From assembly GCA_963835415.1 (NCBI GenBank), contig CAWIFZ010000015.1:67582-131581 (forward strand): 64,000 nt of DNA, given 5' to 3'. The translations under genes and the position numbers were made by a program. Source of the DNA: an uncultured Actinomycetes bacterium. GTDB lineage: Bacteria; Actinomycetota; UBA4738; HRBIN12. Below are positions 9,428 to 21,463 of this stretch, in pieces (the first letter of the stretch is position 1; every line of letters starts with the position of its first letter). Below the pieces are notes generated by a model. It did not search any database, had not been told where the DNA came from, and saw only the letters and a program-made list of their open reading frames with translations.

Positions 9428-10802
9428 TCAGGGCGTCCGTTGCCGATGCGCCAAGAAGTCCAAGAGGTCGCTCCTGGTCAACACACCCAGGACCTGCCCC
9501 GCCTTGGTCACGAGCACGGCGGGTCCGTGCTCGAGCTCGCCGAACGCCGACTCGATCGGATCGTCGAACTCGACCATCGGGATGGGCGGCGCCATGACCT
9601 CGGCCACGTCGGCCTGCAGCGCGTCGGGGTCGCGGAAGATCCGGTCCAACAGCTCTCGGTCGCGGATCGAGCCCACGAACTGCGAGACGTCCGTGCTCTC
9701 CTCACGTACCACCGGGGCCTGCGAGATATCCGCTTCCTGCAACCGCTCGACCGCCTGCCGCACCTTGTCGTGGGCGCCGACCGTGATCAATGGCGGGAGC
9801 TCGCCGTGCTTGGCCATCAGGACCTCCTCGACGCGGATCACGTCGGGCCGGTCGAGCATGCCGTGCTGCAACATCCACGAGTCGGAGTACACCTTGGACA
9901 GGTACTGCCGTCCGGTGTCGGGCAACAGCACGACGATGGTCTTCGTCTCGTCGAGTTCTCGCGCCACCTGCAACGCGGCGTACACGGCGCTCCCCGCCGA
10001 GCCGCCGATCAGGATCCCCTCCTGTCGTGTGACGGCGCGCGCCGTGCGGAACGAATCGCGATCCGACACCTTGACGTAGCGATCCACGATCGAGGGATCG
10101 AACGTGTCCGGCCAGAAGTCCTCACCGATGCCTTCGACGAGATAGGGGCGCGGCTCGTCTCCGGAGTAGACCGATCCTTCCGGATCGGCGCCGACGATCA
10201 TCACGTTCGGGTTCTGCTCCTTGAGGTACCGGCCCACGCCCGTGATCGTTCCGCCGGTTCCGACGCCCGCGACGAAGACGTCGATCGCTCCGTCCGTCTG
10301 ACGCCAGATCTCAGGGCCGGTCGTCTCGTAGTGCGTCGCAGGGTTCTCGGGATTGAAGTACTGGTTCGGCTGATAGGCGCCGGGGATCTCCTCGGCCAGG
10401 CGATCGGCCACCCGGTAGTAGGACTCGGGCGACTCCGGAGGAACGGCCGTGGGGCAGATGACGACCTCGGCGCCGTACGCGCGCAGGAGCGAGATCTTCT
10501 CCTGGCTCATCTTGTCCGGCATCACGAAGATGCACTTGTAGCCGCGGATGGCCGCGGCGATCGCCAGCCCATGCCCGGTATTGCCGGACGTCGGCTCGAC
10601 GATCGTGCCGCCGGGCTTCAGCAGGCCCTCCCGTTCGGCGGCCTGGATCATGCGGATGCCGATCCGATCCTTCACCGATCCCGCCGGGGTTCAACATCTC
10701 CAGCTTGGCCAGGACGGTCGACCGAACGCCGCGGGTGACGGTGTGCAGCCGCACGAGCGGCGTGTCGCCCATCGCGTCCAGGAACGTGTCGAGCACCGGC
10801 AT
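9428..10802 (-). pseudogene. cbs: Cystathionine beta-synthase (PLP domain + C-terminal CBS pair), frameshifted
   Basis: N-terminus MPVLDTFLDAMGDTPLVRL...LEMLNPGG is in one frame. (S)VKDRIGIRMI...SGNTG...GVGTGGTITG plus two CBS motifs are in the next frame. The extra base is near 10679 (GGCGGG-A-TCGGTGAAG), inside the PLP-lysine motif. Confidence 0.9.
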
Positions 10803-10866
10803 CCTGACCCCTCTCTGGCCTGCTTCGCCCCTATCGTGCCACGCCTCGCGGACGGGCGTCCGGGGA

Positions 10867-10907
10867 GGGCAGCTGCCCCAGGCACGACGGCCATCTCCCG
10901 TGCCGTC
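10867..10907. promoter_or_regulatory. 12-nt palindrome GGGCAGCTGCCC plus adjacent hairpin in the divergent intergenic region
   Basis: Palindrome at 10867-10878. Stem GGCACG/CGTGCC at 10881-10886 and 10899-10904, with an alternative GACGGC/GCCGTC pairing. Lies between the CBS and REC-GGDEF starts. Confidence 0.3.
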
Positions 10908-10982
10908 ATATGCGGGTAAGGCTCCACCTCGGGCGGTAAAGTGCCGAAGCTATGGGGGCGTAGCCGTACCTGAGCGGCGAAC

Positions 10983-11972
10983 GTGGGAGATGGAGCAGGG
11001 GGAGGCGTGACCGAACAGCAGGGGGAGTTCGCGGACGTCAGCGGTGGGGAGAGCCTCCTCGTCGCGGACGACGATCCGTTCATCGCACGGCTGCTCGAGA
11101 TCGAGCTGCGCGCCGCGGGATACGACGTGCGCGTCGCGAGCGACGGTGTGGAGGCGTTCGACCTCGCGCAGGAGCGGAGCCCCGACCTCGTCCTGGCCGA
11201 CGTGATGATGCCGAACATGGACGGCTTCGAGCTCACGCGTCGCCTCCGTCAGGACCCACGCACCGCCACCGTGTCGATCATCATGCTGACGGCGCGGGGT
11301 CTGTCCGCCGACAAGCTGGAAGGGTTCGCGATCGGCGCGGACGACTACATCGTCAAACCGTTCGACACCCCCGAGTTGCTCGCACGCATCCGCGGCGTGC
11401 TGCGTCGCGCCAAGGAGATGCGCGCGCAGTCGCCCCTCACCGGTCTGCCCGGCAACGTCCGGATCGAGGAGGAGATCGACGGACTGGTGGAACGCGACCA
11501 GGCGTTCGCGCTGCTGTACGCGGACCTCGACCACTTCAAGGCGTACAACGACCACTACGGGTTCATGCGGGGCGACCAAGCCATCCAGGCGACGGCCTCC
11601 CTCATGGAGGAAGTGGCACGGGAGATCACGGACGGCGACGCGTTCATCGGTCACGTCGGCGGCGACGACTTCGTGCTGATCGTCCCGCCGGAGAAGGCGA
11701 CCGACACGGCTGAAGCCATCGTGGCGCGCTTCGACCAAGAGGTGCCGGCGCTCTACGATCCGGACGACCGCGACCGCGGGTACGTGGAGGTCGCGAACCG
11801 CCGCGGCGAGCTGCAGCGGTTCCCGCTGCTGTCCATCTCGATCGGCGTGGCGAGCACCGAGAAGCGCTCATACGCGCACTACGCGGAGGCCGTCGCCATC
11901 GCGACCGAGATGAAGGCCTACACGAAGGCGACCGCGGGGTCGTCGTGGGCGATCGACCGCAGAACGGTCTGA
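10983..11972 (+). CDS. Response regulator receiver + GGDEF-type diguanylate cyclase domain (GGDDF variant)
   Basis: REC motifs LLVADDD, DLVLADVMMPNMDG, IVKP. GGDEF domain with LTGLPGN, DLDHFKAYND and HVGGDDFVLIV. Start is GTG 10983 or GTG 11007. Confidence 0.85.
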   Translation: MGDGAGGGVTEQQGEFADVSGGESLLVADDDPFIARLLEIELRAAGYDVRVASDGVEAFDLAQERSPDLVLADVMMPNMDGFELTRRLRQDPRTATVSIIMLTARGLSADKLEGFAIGADDYIVKPFDTPELLARIRGVLRRAKEMRAQSPLTGLPGNVRIEEEIDGLVERDQAFALLYADLDHFKAYNDHYGFMRGDQAIQATASLMEEVAREITDGDAFIGHVGGDDFVLIVPPEKATDTAEAIVARFDQEVPALYDPDDRDRGYVEVANRRGELQRFPLLSISIGVASTEKRSYAHYAEAVAIATEMKAYTKATAGSSWAIDRRTV

Positions 11973-11976
11973 TCCC

Positions 11977-13137
11977 TTACAGCGGAGCAGGTTCGGCCAG
12001 GTAGAAGCCCTGACCGAACGGCACACCGAGGTCCACGAGCGTCTCCAGCTCCTCACCGGTCTCGATGCCTTCGGCGACGATCGCGATCCCCATCTCCTCG
12101 CCGAACGATACGAGCGACGATGTCAGCGCGCGCTTCGCACGGTCGCCGTCGATGCCCCTGGTGAGGCTGGTGTCCACCTTCACGATGTCGGGGCGAAGCA
12201 GGAGCGTGTGACGCAGGCTGGCGAACCCCGCGCCTGCATCGTCGATCGCCACCCGCACCCCGTGCGAACGCAACCCTTCGAGCGCCGCGGCGAGGACCTC
12301 GTAGTCCTCGATCGCCTCGTGCTCCGTGATCTCGACCACCATCCGCGTCGCGTCACCGTTCACGAGCGGCGGGAGCTCGGGCGACATGGCCGCGCGCGGA
12401 GAGCAGTTCACGGAGAGATACACGTCGGCGGGGAGCTCGGGAAGGCCCTTCATGGCGCTCCTGATGGCCATCATCTCCAGCTGCACGCCGAGCTCCATCT
12501 CGACCGCCGCGGCGAACCATTCGTTCGGTGGACGCAGCGGCAACGAATGGAACCTGGCCAGCGCTTCCATCCCCACGACCACGCGGCTGCGGAGCTCCAC
12601 GATCGGTTGGTAGACCATGGTCACGCCGCTCCCGGACAGGAACCTGTCGATCTCGCCACGGCGAGCCGTGAGCTGCTGATGTTGGATCTCCTCGCGACGC
12701 AATTGGGACGAGAGTTCGTGCACGACCCCGTCGATCAACTCCGCGGACAAGCTCGCCCCGCCGTCGAACACCTTCGCGATCGAGCCGAGCAGGTCCTGGC
12801 CCACCGTTCCCTTGACCAGGTAGCCGACCGCGCCGGCGCGGAGCATCTCGAGCACCGTGGGCCGGTCTTCGAACGCCGACAGCGCGATCACCCGCGTCTC
12901 CGGCGAGACCCGGATGATCTCTCGCGCCGCTCGCGGGCCGCCTCCCGCCGGCATGCTCACGTCGACGAGCGCGACATCCGGACGGCGGGACACGGCGAGC
13001 TCGATCGCCTGATCGGCGTCGCCTGCCTCTCCCACGAGCACCAGACCGTCCTCGTGGGCGAGCAGGTCTGCGAGAGCGCCACGCAAGGCAGGCTCATCAT
13101 CAGCGATCAGGATGCGGATCGGCGGCACGGGCGTCAC
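11977..13137 (-). CDS. Response regulator receiver + EAL phosphodiesterase
   Basis: REC motifs ILIADDE, DVALVDVSMPAGGG. EAL motifs EALARF, DDAGAGFASL, KVDTSL, AEGIET, GQGFY. Start chosen at GTG 13137; the longer ORF is antisense to hutU. Confidence 0.85.
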   Translation of the reverse strand: MTPVPPIRILIADDEPALRGALADLLAHEDGLVLVGEAGDADQAIELAVSRRPDVALVDVSMPAGGGPRAAREIIRVSPETRVIALSAFEDRPTVLEMLRAGAVGYLVKGTVGQDLLGSIAKVFDGGASLSAELIDGVVHELSSQLRREEIQHQQLTARRGEIDRFLSGSGVTMVYQPIVELRSRVVVGMEALARFHSLPLRPPNEWFAAAVEMELGVQLEMMAIRSAMKGLPELPADVYLSVNCSPRAAMSPELPPLVNGDATRMVVEITEHEAIEDYEVLAAALEGLRSHGVRVAIDDAGAGFASLRHTLLLRPDIVKVDTSLTRGIDGDRAKRALTSSLVSFGEEMGIAIVAEGIETGEELETLVDLGVPFGQGFYLAEPAPL

Positions 13138-13308
13138 CGTGCCGCCGGGGGAAGTTCCGACGGAAACCACGGAGCGGACCGTACCCGGCGTCGTGGGGGC
13201 GTTCAACCACCCGGCGGAGCCAGGTCCGAGACCCCCGACCCGGCCGAGCGCATCCCCCGCCCGGCGTACTATCGATGCGTCGCAGCGAGACGTGTTCGGA
13301 GGTGAGCG

Positions 13309-14967
<1,659 letters not shown>

Positions 14968-14971
<4 letters not shown>

Positions 14972-15661
14972 CCGAGCGGCACATCGTCGCCATGGGCGGC
15001 GGACAGGATGTCGGCGATCCGGTGTTCCGCTACGCGGCGGATCTGGTGGATCGCCCGAGGCCGAAGGTGTGTCTGGTGCCGACGGCGGCGAGCGCGGTCC
15101 CCATCTCGGTGATGCGGTTCCTCTCCGTCTTCCCTGCCGATGCGCTTCGAGCCGACGTACCTCGATCTCTTCGACCGCGATGACCGAGACCTCCGGGACT
15201 TCGTCTGCTCGCAGGACCTGATCTTCGTGGGCGGCGGCAATACGGCCAACCTGCTCGCGGTGTGGCGGGTCCACGGACTCGACGACATCCTGCGGGAGGC
15301 GTGGGAGTCGGGCGTCGTGCTGGCAGGGCTGAGCGCGGGCGCGAACTGTTGGTTCGAGGCGAGCACCACTGATTCGTTCGGTCCGCTCGCGGCGTTGCCC
15401 GACGGGCTCGGCCTGCTGGCGGGCAGCTTCTGTCCGCACTATGCGGACGAGCCCGGCCGACGCCCGCTCTACCACGGCCTGGTCGGCGACGGGTTCCCGC
15501 CGGGGACCGCCTGCGACGATCGAGCGGCGGTGCACTACGTCGGGATGGAGCTCGCGGACGTCGTGACATCGGTGGCGTCCGAGGGGGCGTTCCGGGTCTT
15601 CACGGGCGACGACGGGGTCCAGGAGGAACCCATCCCGGCCCGGCTGCTCGTGCCCGATTGA
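14968..15661 (+). pseudogene. Peptidase S51 family (dipeptidase E / cyanophycinase-like), frameshifted
   Basis: GTGA overlap with the hutU stop. N-terminus [12 protein letters not shown]...KVCLVPTA is in one frame. DLIFVGGGNTANLL...AGLSAGANCW is in the next. Junction near 15139. Confidence 0.75.
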
Positions 15662-15709
15662 CCGAGCGCATCCTGCGCGCCGTTCGGCGTTGGGGGTAGC
15701 CTTGCCGCC

Positions 15710-17236
15710 GTGCCGGTCGGGGTGGGGGGAGCGCTGACGCTCGCGGACGTCGTGGCCGTGGCGCGCGGCGCCACGGTCGAGTTCCCCGCCGACGCGCGTG
15801 CGCGGGTCGAGGCCGCTCGTGCGGTCGTCGAGCGGGTCATCGCCTCGGGCGACACCATCTACGGGGTCACCACCGGGTTCGGCTCGCTGGCCGACGTGCG
15901 GATCGATCCGTCGCAGGCGGCCGCGCTCCAGCTGGGCATCGTGCGATCGCACGCGACCGCCGTCGGACGACCGCTCTCCCGCGAAGAGGCTCGAGCGATG
16001 CTGCTGCTGCGGGCGCACGTCCTGGCGCTCGGCTACTCCGGGGTGCGGCCGCTGATCGTCGACCGCATGGTCGAGATGCTGAACCGCGAGCTGATCCCGT
16101 CGGTGCCGGAGCAGGGTTCGCTCGGCGCGTCCGGCGACCTGGCGCCGCTTGCCAACCTCGCGCTCCCGCTGATCGGGCAGGGCGAACTCCTCTCGGAGGA
16201 CGGCAGCGAGCCGGCGGGCGCGGCGCTCGCGGTGGCGGGCCTGTCGCCGATCGCGCTGGAGGCCAAGGAGGGGCTGGCGCTCGTCAACGGGACCCAGGGC
16301 ATGCTCGCCGTCGGGATCCTCGCCGCGCGCCGCGTCGCCGACCTCGCGCGCGCGGCCGACGTCACCGCGGCGATGTCGGTGGAGGCGGCGCTCGGCACCG
16401 ACGCCGCGTTCGACGAACGGCTACAACGGTTGCGGCCGCATGCCGGACAGGTCGCATCGGCATCGAACCTGCGTCGGTTGCTCGCCGGCTCATCGATCCT
16501 GTCGTCGCATCGCGAGAGCCCGCACCTGGTGCAGGACGCGTACTCGCTACGGTGCGCGCCGCAGGTGCACGGGGCCACCCGTGACGCGCTCAACTACGTC
16601 GAGGGCGTGCTGCAGACCGAAGCCGGCGCCGTCTCGGACAACCCGATCGTGCTGCCCGACGACGACGAGGTGCGCTCGGGCGGCAACTTCCACGGCCAGC
16701 CGGTGGCGGTGGCGCTCGACACGCTCGCGATCTCCACGGTGGGGCTGGCGAGCATCAGCGAACGCCGCCTCTACCGGTTGCTGGATCCGAAACGGAACAA
16801 CGACCTCCCCGCCTTCCTGATCGAGGGCAGCGGGCTGAACTCCGGGTTCATGCTCGTGCAGTACACCGCCGCGTCGCTCGTCTCGGAGTGCAAGTCGCTC
16901 GCGCACCCGGCCTCCGTCGATTCGATCCCGTCGTCGGCGGGTCAGGAGGATCACGTGAGCATGGGCATGATCGCGGCCCGCCACGCACGCGACATCGTGA
17001 CGAACGCCGAGCTCGTCGTGGCGATGGAAGCGATGGCGGCCGCGCAGGCGCTCGATCTGCGCTCGCCGCTGGAGCCCGCGGAAGGCACGCGCGCCGCCCA
17101 TGACGCGGTTCGCGACGTGGTGCCGTTCCTCGAGGTCGACCGGGAGCTCCGTCCGGACATCGATGCCTGCGTCGAGCTCGTCCGAGGCGGCGGGCTGGTG
17201 ACGGCGGTCGAGTCGGTCGTCGGCCGGCTCGACTGA
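15710..17236 (+). CDS. hutH: Histidine ammonia-lyase
   Basis: MIO-forming GSLGASGDLAPLA motif; full-length and intact. Confidence 0.95.
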   Translation: MPVGVGGALTLADVVAVARGATVEFPADARARVEAARAVVERVIASGDTIYGVTTGFGSLADVRIDPSQAAALQLGIVRSHATAVGRPLSREEARAMLLLRAHVLALGYSGVRPLIVDRMVEMLNRELIPSVPEQGSLGASGDLAPLANLALPLIGQGELLSEDGSEPAGAALAVAGLSPIALEAKEGLALVNGTQGMLAVGILAARRVADLARAADVTAAMSVEAALGTDAAFDERLQRLRPHAGQVASASNLRRLLAGSSILSSHRESPHLVQDAYSLRCAPQVHGATRDALNYVEGVLQTEAGAVSDNPIVLPDDDEVRSGGNFHGQPVAVALDTLAISTVGLASISERRLYRLLDPKRNNDLPAFLIEGSGLNSGFMLVQYTAASLVSECKSLAHPASVDSIPSSAGQEDHVSMGMIAARHARDIVTNAELVVAMEAMAAAQALDLRSPLEPAEGTRAAHDAVRDVVPFLEVDRELRPDIDACVELVRGGGLVTAVESVVGRLD

Positions 17237-17239
17237 GCG

Positions 17240-17743
17240 TTACGCGCGTCCCAGCGTGACCAGGATGAGGTGCGCGATCTTCTCCGGCGTCCGTCCGTCC
17301 GTTCCCACGTGATCGCCGAAGGTCGTGTCCTGGAACGCCAGGATCCCCTCCTCCAGCCGCTCCAGACGCCATCCGACCGCTCCCGGCTCGACCGGGTCGC
17401 GCTCGATGCGCTCGATCAGCGTCGCCTCGCTGGCGGTGAGCCGGAACGGCCGCACCTCGGTCGCGCCCTTCAGCCCGTCCATGATCTCCCGGTAGTACTC
17501 CAGCCGCCAGATCGTCATGGGGATGACCAGGTCGCCGGTGCCGGTGCGCTCGACCGCGTCCTCCACGACTGCCTTGCGCCACTCGGGGAGGTCCTGGAAG
17601 TCATCGACGCCGGGCCACTGCCGAACGAGCTCCTCACCGCGAACCTCGGGATCCAGCAGCGACCAGTCGGGTTTCGCCTCGAGCAACGCCCGCGCGACCG
17701 ACGTCTTCCCGACGCCGAACGGCCCGTTCAGCCAGACGATCAT
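17240..17743 (-). CDS. TmrB-like P-loop ATP-binding protein (tunicamycin-resistance family)
   Basis: MIVWLNGPFGVGKTS Walker A, then LVIPMTIWRLEYYREI and FRLTASEATLIERI, collinear with B. subtilis TmrB as I remember it. ATGA overlap with the hutI stop. Confidence 0.7.
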   Translation of the reverse strand: MIVWLNGPFGVGKTSVARALLEAKPDWSLLDPEVRGEELVRQWPGVDDFQDLPEWRKAVVEDAVERTGTGDLVIPMTIWRLEYYREIMDGLKGATEVRPFRLTASEATLIERIERDPVEPGAVGWRLERLEEGILAFQDTTFGDHVGTDGRTPEKIAHLILVTLGRA

Positions 17744-18966
17744 GCGACGAGCTCCCCGCCGACGATCGTCGCGACCACGGGATCGTGGCCGGGTCGGTAG
17801 GGGACCTGGGCGAACCGAGGTTCATCCAGGAGCAGCACGTCGGCGCGCTTCCCGACCTCGAGCGTGCCCGATCGGTCGCTCATCCCCAGCACGAACGCCG
17901 GGTTGGCGGTCGCCGCCGTCAGCGCCTCCAAGGGGGTGAGCCCGTAGGAGGTGCAGGCGAACGCGATCGCCTCCGGCATCGACGACACGGGCGAGGTTCC
18001 GGGATTGAAGTCGGTGGCGACCGCGAGCGCGGCGCCCGCCTCGCGGAGCGCGGCGACCGGCGGTGTGGACGCGCCGAGGATGAAGGACGACGCGGGGAGC
18101 AACACGGCGACGGTGTCGCCGGCGCGGCCCAGCGCGGTCACGCCCGCGGGGCTCAGGTGGTTGAGGTGGTCCGCGCTCCGCGCACCCAGCCCCACGGCCG
18201 CTTCCGCCGCCCCGCTCGGACCGAGCTGGTCCGCATGAACGCGGAGCGGCAGCCCGGCGGTCGAGGCCGCGCCGGCGACGGACGCGAGATCGTCGAGCGA
18301 GAACGCGATGTCCTCCACGTAGATATCGATCTGATCGGCGAGCCCCTCGGCCGCTGCGGCGGGGATCAACTCCTCGCACGCGGCCCGGACCCAATCGGCG
18401 CGCGACATGCCCTTCGGCACCGCGTGGCACGCGAGCAGCGTCACCGAGCACGTCTGCGGCGCGGAGTCCGCGAGCGCGCGCGCCAGTCGCGCCTGCCGGA
18501 GCTCGGCCTCCACGGACAGCCCGTACCCGGTCTTCAGCTCCACCGCGGTCGTTCCGTGCGCGGCCATCTCACGGACGAGCGGTACGCAGAACGCCAGCAC
18601 GTCGTCGTCGGAGGCGGCCGCGAGCATCCGGCTGCTGCGGAAGATGCCTCCCTCGTCGCCGTGCAGGTCGCGGTAGCTCGCGCCGGCCAGGCGCGCCTCG
18701 AACTCGTCGGCGCGCCAGCCGAAGAACGGCAGATGCACGTGGCAGTCGACGAACCCGGGAACGAGCAGGCCGCGGTCGGCGGAGCCGACCGCGGCCGGCC
18801 ACGGCAGGCCGCCTGCGGGTCCGACGTACGTGAGGATCCCGTCCTCCCACGCCACGCCGGCGGGCTCGTCCAGCACGCTCGCGGTCGCCGCCGCGCCTCG
18901 GGCGGGGAGCGGTCCCGAGGCCGTCGCGAGCGCGGCGGCGACCGCCGCCCCACGTGTACCCATCAT
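17740..18966 (-). CDS. hutI: Imidazolonepropionase
   Basis: Amidohydrolase metal ligands FVDCHVHL, HADQL and ATDFNPGTS; intact. Confidence 0.9.
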   Translation of the reverse strand: MMGTRGAAVAAALATASGPLPARGAAATASVLDEPAGVAWEDGILTYVGPAGGLPWPAAVGSADRGLLVPGFVDCHVHLPFFGWRADEFEARLAGASYRDLHGDEGGIFRSSRMLAAASDDDVLAFCVPLVREMAAHGTTAVELKTGYGLSVEAELRQARLARALADSAPQTCSVTLLACHAVPKGMSRADWVRAACEELIPAAAAEGLADQIDIYVEDIAFSLDDLASVAGAASTAGLPLRVHADQLGPSGAAEAAVGLGARSADHLNHLSPAGVTALGRAGDTVAVLLPASSFILGASTPPVAALREAGAALAVATDFNPGTSPVSSMPEAIAFACTSYGLTPLEALTAATANPAFVLGMSDRSGTLEVGKRADVLLLDEPRFAQVPYRPGHDPVVATIVGGELVA

Positions 18967-19031
18967 GCGGGAAGCCTAGCGGCCGTCGGGCCGCGGACCT
19001 GGACCCGACCGTTCGTCCATACACTCGATGC

Positions 19032-19493
19032 ATGCACGTGGAACGCGAGATCGTCCTCCCCACCACGCCCGGACAGGCATGGGGCGTCCTCGTGGACTGG
19101 GAGCGGCAGGCCGACTGGATGCTCGACGCCGATCGGGTCGACGTCGTCTCCGATCATCGGGAGGGCGTGGGCGTGCGGCTGGCCGTCAAGACGCGTCTGT
19201 TCGGGATCCCGGCGTTCACGGAGCCGATGGAGGTGACGGTGTGGGAGCCGCCGCGGCGCCTGCAGATCGCTCACGGGAGCGTGGTGGAAGGCGGGGGGGT
19301 CTGGGAGCTCGACGAGGTCGACGGCGGCACGCGGTTCCGGTGGTCCGAGGACATCGCGCTCCGTGTGCCGTTGGTCGGTGAGCTGGCCGCGCGCGCATAC
19401 CGGCCGGTGATGCGGATGCTGATGGCCCGCGCGCAGCGGTCGCTCCGAGCCCACGTCATCGCCATCGGACCCGTGCGATCATCTCGGCGCTGA
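19032..19493 (+). CDS. SRPBCC (polyketide cyclase/dehydrase-like) family protein
   Basis: MHVEREIVLPTTPGQAWGVLVDWERQADW, typical of SRPBCC proteins. ATG at 19032. Confidence 0.7.
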   Translation: MHVEREIVLPTTPGQAWGVLVDWERQADWMLDADRVDVVSDHREGVGVRLAVKTRLFGIPAFTEPMEVTVWEPPRRLQIAHGSVVEGGGVWELDEVDGGTRFRWSEDIALRVPLVGELAARAYRPVMRMLMARAQRSLRAHVIAIGPVRSSRR

Positions 19494-19506
19494 CGTCGCT
19501 CGCCGG

Positions 19507-19842
19507 CTAGCGCGCGAGCGTCGGCGTGGGCGGTGGGGCCGCGATCATCAGCACGACCGCCGGATCCTCGGACGCGTTCTTGACCGTGAGCTCCGTCCCC
19601 GCCGGCACCAGCAGGGACTCCCACTGCCGCATCCGTGCGCGGGACTTGCCCACCTGCGTCGCGATCTCGCCGGACAGCACGAAGAGCACGGCGTCGGAGG
19701 CATCGTCGGCCATCGGCCCCAGCCCTTGGGCGCCTTGGAGGCAGATGACCTCCGACCACAGGTGCTCGCTCTCGAACAGCGTCTCGTGACGGGGCTCGTC
19801 GTCCGTGAAGTGCACCAGGTCGCGGATGTCCCGAGGCTTCAT
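19507..19842 (-). CDS. Cupin domain protein
   Basis: 111 aa from ATG 19842, with a small beta-barrel pattern (VLFVLSGEIATQVG...LLVPAGTELTVKN). Confidence 0.6.
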   Translation of the reverse strand: MKPRDIRDLVHFTDDEPRHETLFESEHLWSEVICLQGAQGLGPMADDASDAVLFVLSGEIATQVGKSRARMRQWESLLVPAGTELTVKNASEDPAVVLMIAAPPPTPTLAR

Positions 19843-19978
19843 CGCGCCACAGGGTAGCGGCCCTCCGGCGTCGACGGCCCGGCGGTGCGGGTGGTTGCGC
19901 CTCGCGGCTACACTGACCGCCGCTTGCCCGCGAGAGGCCAGCCAGAGAGTCCACGCAGGAGTCGACGAAGGAGCCCCG

Positions 19979-21463
19979 GTGACCACGTTCTCGTACTCGA
20001 CCGACGCTCCGGCCACGGTGAAGGCCGGGGTACTCGTGCTGCCGATGTTCCTCGGTCCCAAGGGGCCGTTGCCCGGTCCGGGCGTGAAGGAGGTCGGCCT
20101 GGAGCAGGCCTATCGCGACGCCAAGCTGACGGGGAAGAAGCTCGAGAACCTGTTGGTCGTGCGACGCGACGGCGACCGGTTCGCCGCCGGAGCCGTCCTG
20201 CTGGTCGGCGCGGGGGACAAGGCGCAGCTCACGTCGAACGTCATCAGGCGTGTACTGGGCCGCGCGTCGAGCGCCCTTCCGCGTTTCGGCACCGTGGCGA
20301 CCACGTTCCCTCAGGCCATCACCGGGAAGGGCGCCGCGGACGCGGTGCAGGCGGCGGTCGAAGGCATCGTGCTCGGCACCTACCGCTTCGATCGCTACAA
20401 GACGGCGGGCTCCGAGACGAAGGCGCTCACGCGGATCACGGTGCTGGGATCGGCGAGGGCCGATGCGAAGGTGGCGCGCGACGCCGTCAAGCGGGGCCAG
20501 GTGGTCGCAGAAGCCGTCTGCTGGGCGCGCGACCTGGTGAACACGCCCGCCGGCGACATGCCGCCCGCGGAGATCGCGCGCGAGGCGCAGAAGATGGCCC
20601 GCGAGGTCGGGCTGCGCTGCAAGATCTGGGGCAAGCCGGAGCTGGAGAAGGGCGGCTTCGGCGGCATCCTGGGCGTCGGCGCAGGAAGCGTGAACCCTCC
20701 ACGGCTGATCGAGCTCTGGTACAAGGGCGCGGGCACCGAGACACCCATCGCGCTCACGGGCAAGGGCATCGCGTTCGACTCCGGCGGCCTGTCGATCAAG
20801 GACGCCAAAGGTATGGAGACGATGAAGTGCGACATGGGCGGCGCGGCATCGATCCTCGCCACCATGAGGGTGATCGCGATCCTCAAGCCGAAGATCAACG
20901 TGATCGCGGCGATCCCGTCGTCGGAGAACATGCCGAGCGGCTCCGCCACCAAACCGGGCGACGTCTTGACGCACCGCGGCGGCACGACGTCGGAGGTGTT
21001 GAACACCGACGCCGAGGGACGGCTGGTGCTGGCCGACGCGCTCGCGTACCTGGCCGAGAAGAAGCCGAAGGTGATCATCGACACGGCCACGCTCACGGGC
21101 GCGTGCATGATCGCGCTGGGCGACCAGATCACCGGCGCCATGGGCAACGACGACGCGCTGTTCCGTGACATCGGCGCGGCAGGTGACGCGGTGGGCGAGA
21201 CCATGTGGCAGCTCCCGCTCTACGGCGACTACCGCCGGCTGATCGACTCGACCGTGGCCGACGTGAAGAACATCGGCGAGCGGTACGGAGGCGCGATCAG
21301 CGCGGCGTGGTTCCTGGCGGAGTTCGTCGGGGACACGCCGTGGATCCACCTGGACATCGCCGGACCCGCGTGGGCCGACAAGGTGAGCGACCTCGGACCG
21401 AAGGGCGGGACCGGCGTCCCGGTCCGCACGCTCGTCCGCTACCTGCTGGACCGGAGCGCTTGA
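19979..21463 (+). CDS. pepA: Leucyl aminopeptidase (M17)
   Basis: NTDAEGRLVLADAL signature and VGKGIAFDSGG-type motif (GKGIAFDSGGLSIK). GTG 19979 is preceded by GAAGGAG. Confidence 0.9.
   Translation: MTTFSYSTDAPATVKAGVLVLPMFLGPKGPLPGPGVKEVGLEQAYRDAKLTGKKLENLLVVRRDGDRFAAGAVLLVGAGDKAQLTSNVIRRVLGRASSALPRFGTVATTFPQAITGKGAADAVQAAVEGIVLGTYRFDRYKTAGSETKALTRITVLGSARADAKVARDAVKRGQVVAEAVCWARDLVNTPAGDMPPAEIAREAQKMAREVGLRCKIWGKPELEKGGFGGILGVGAGSVNPPRLIELWYKGAGTETPIALTGKGIAFDSGGLSIKDAKGMETMKCDMGGAASILATMRVIAILKPKINVIAAIPSSENMPSGSATKPGDVLTHRGGTTSEVLNTDAEGRLVLADALAYLAEKKPKVIIDTATLTGACMIALGDQITGAMGNDDALFRDIGAAGDAVGETMWQLPLYGDYRRLIDSTVADVKNIGERYGGAISAAWFLAEFVGDTPWIHLDIAGPAWADKVSDLGPKGGTGVPVRTLVRYLLDRSA

Noticed and set aside
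10803-10982. Possible SAM/SAH-type riboswitch upstream of CBS.
   Set aside because: Reading both strands, I could not find S-box, SAM-IV or SAH consensus cores. Only generic GC hairpins are present. A covariance-model scan is needed before any claim.
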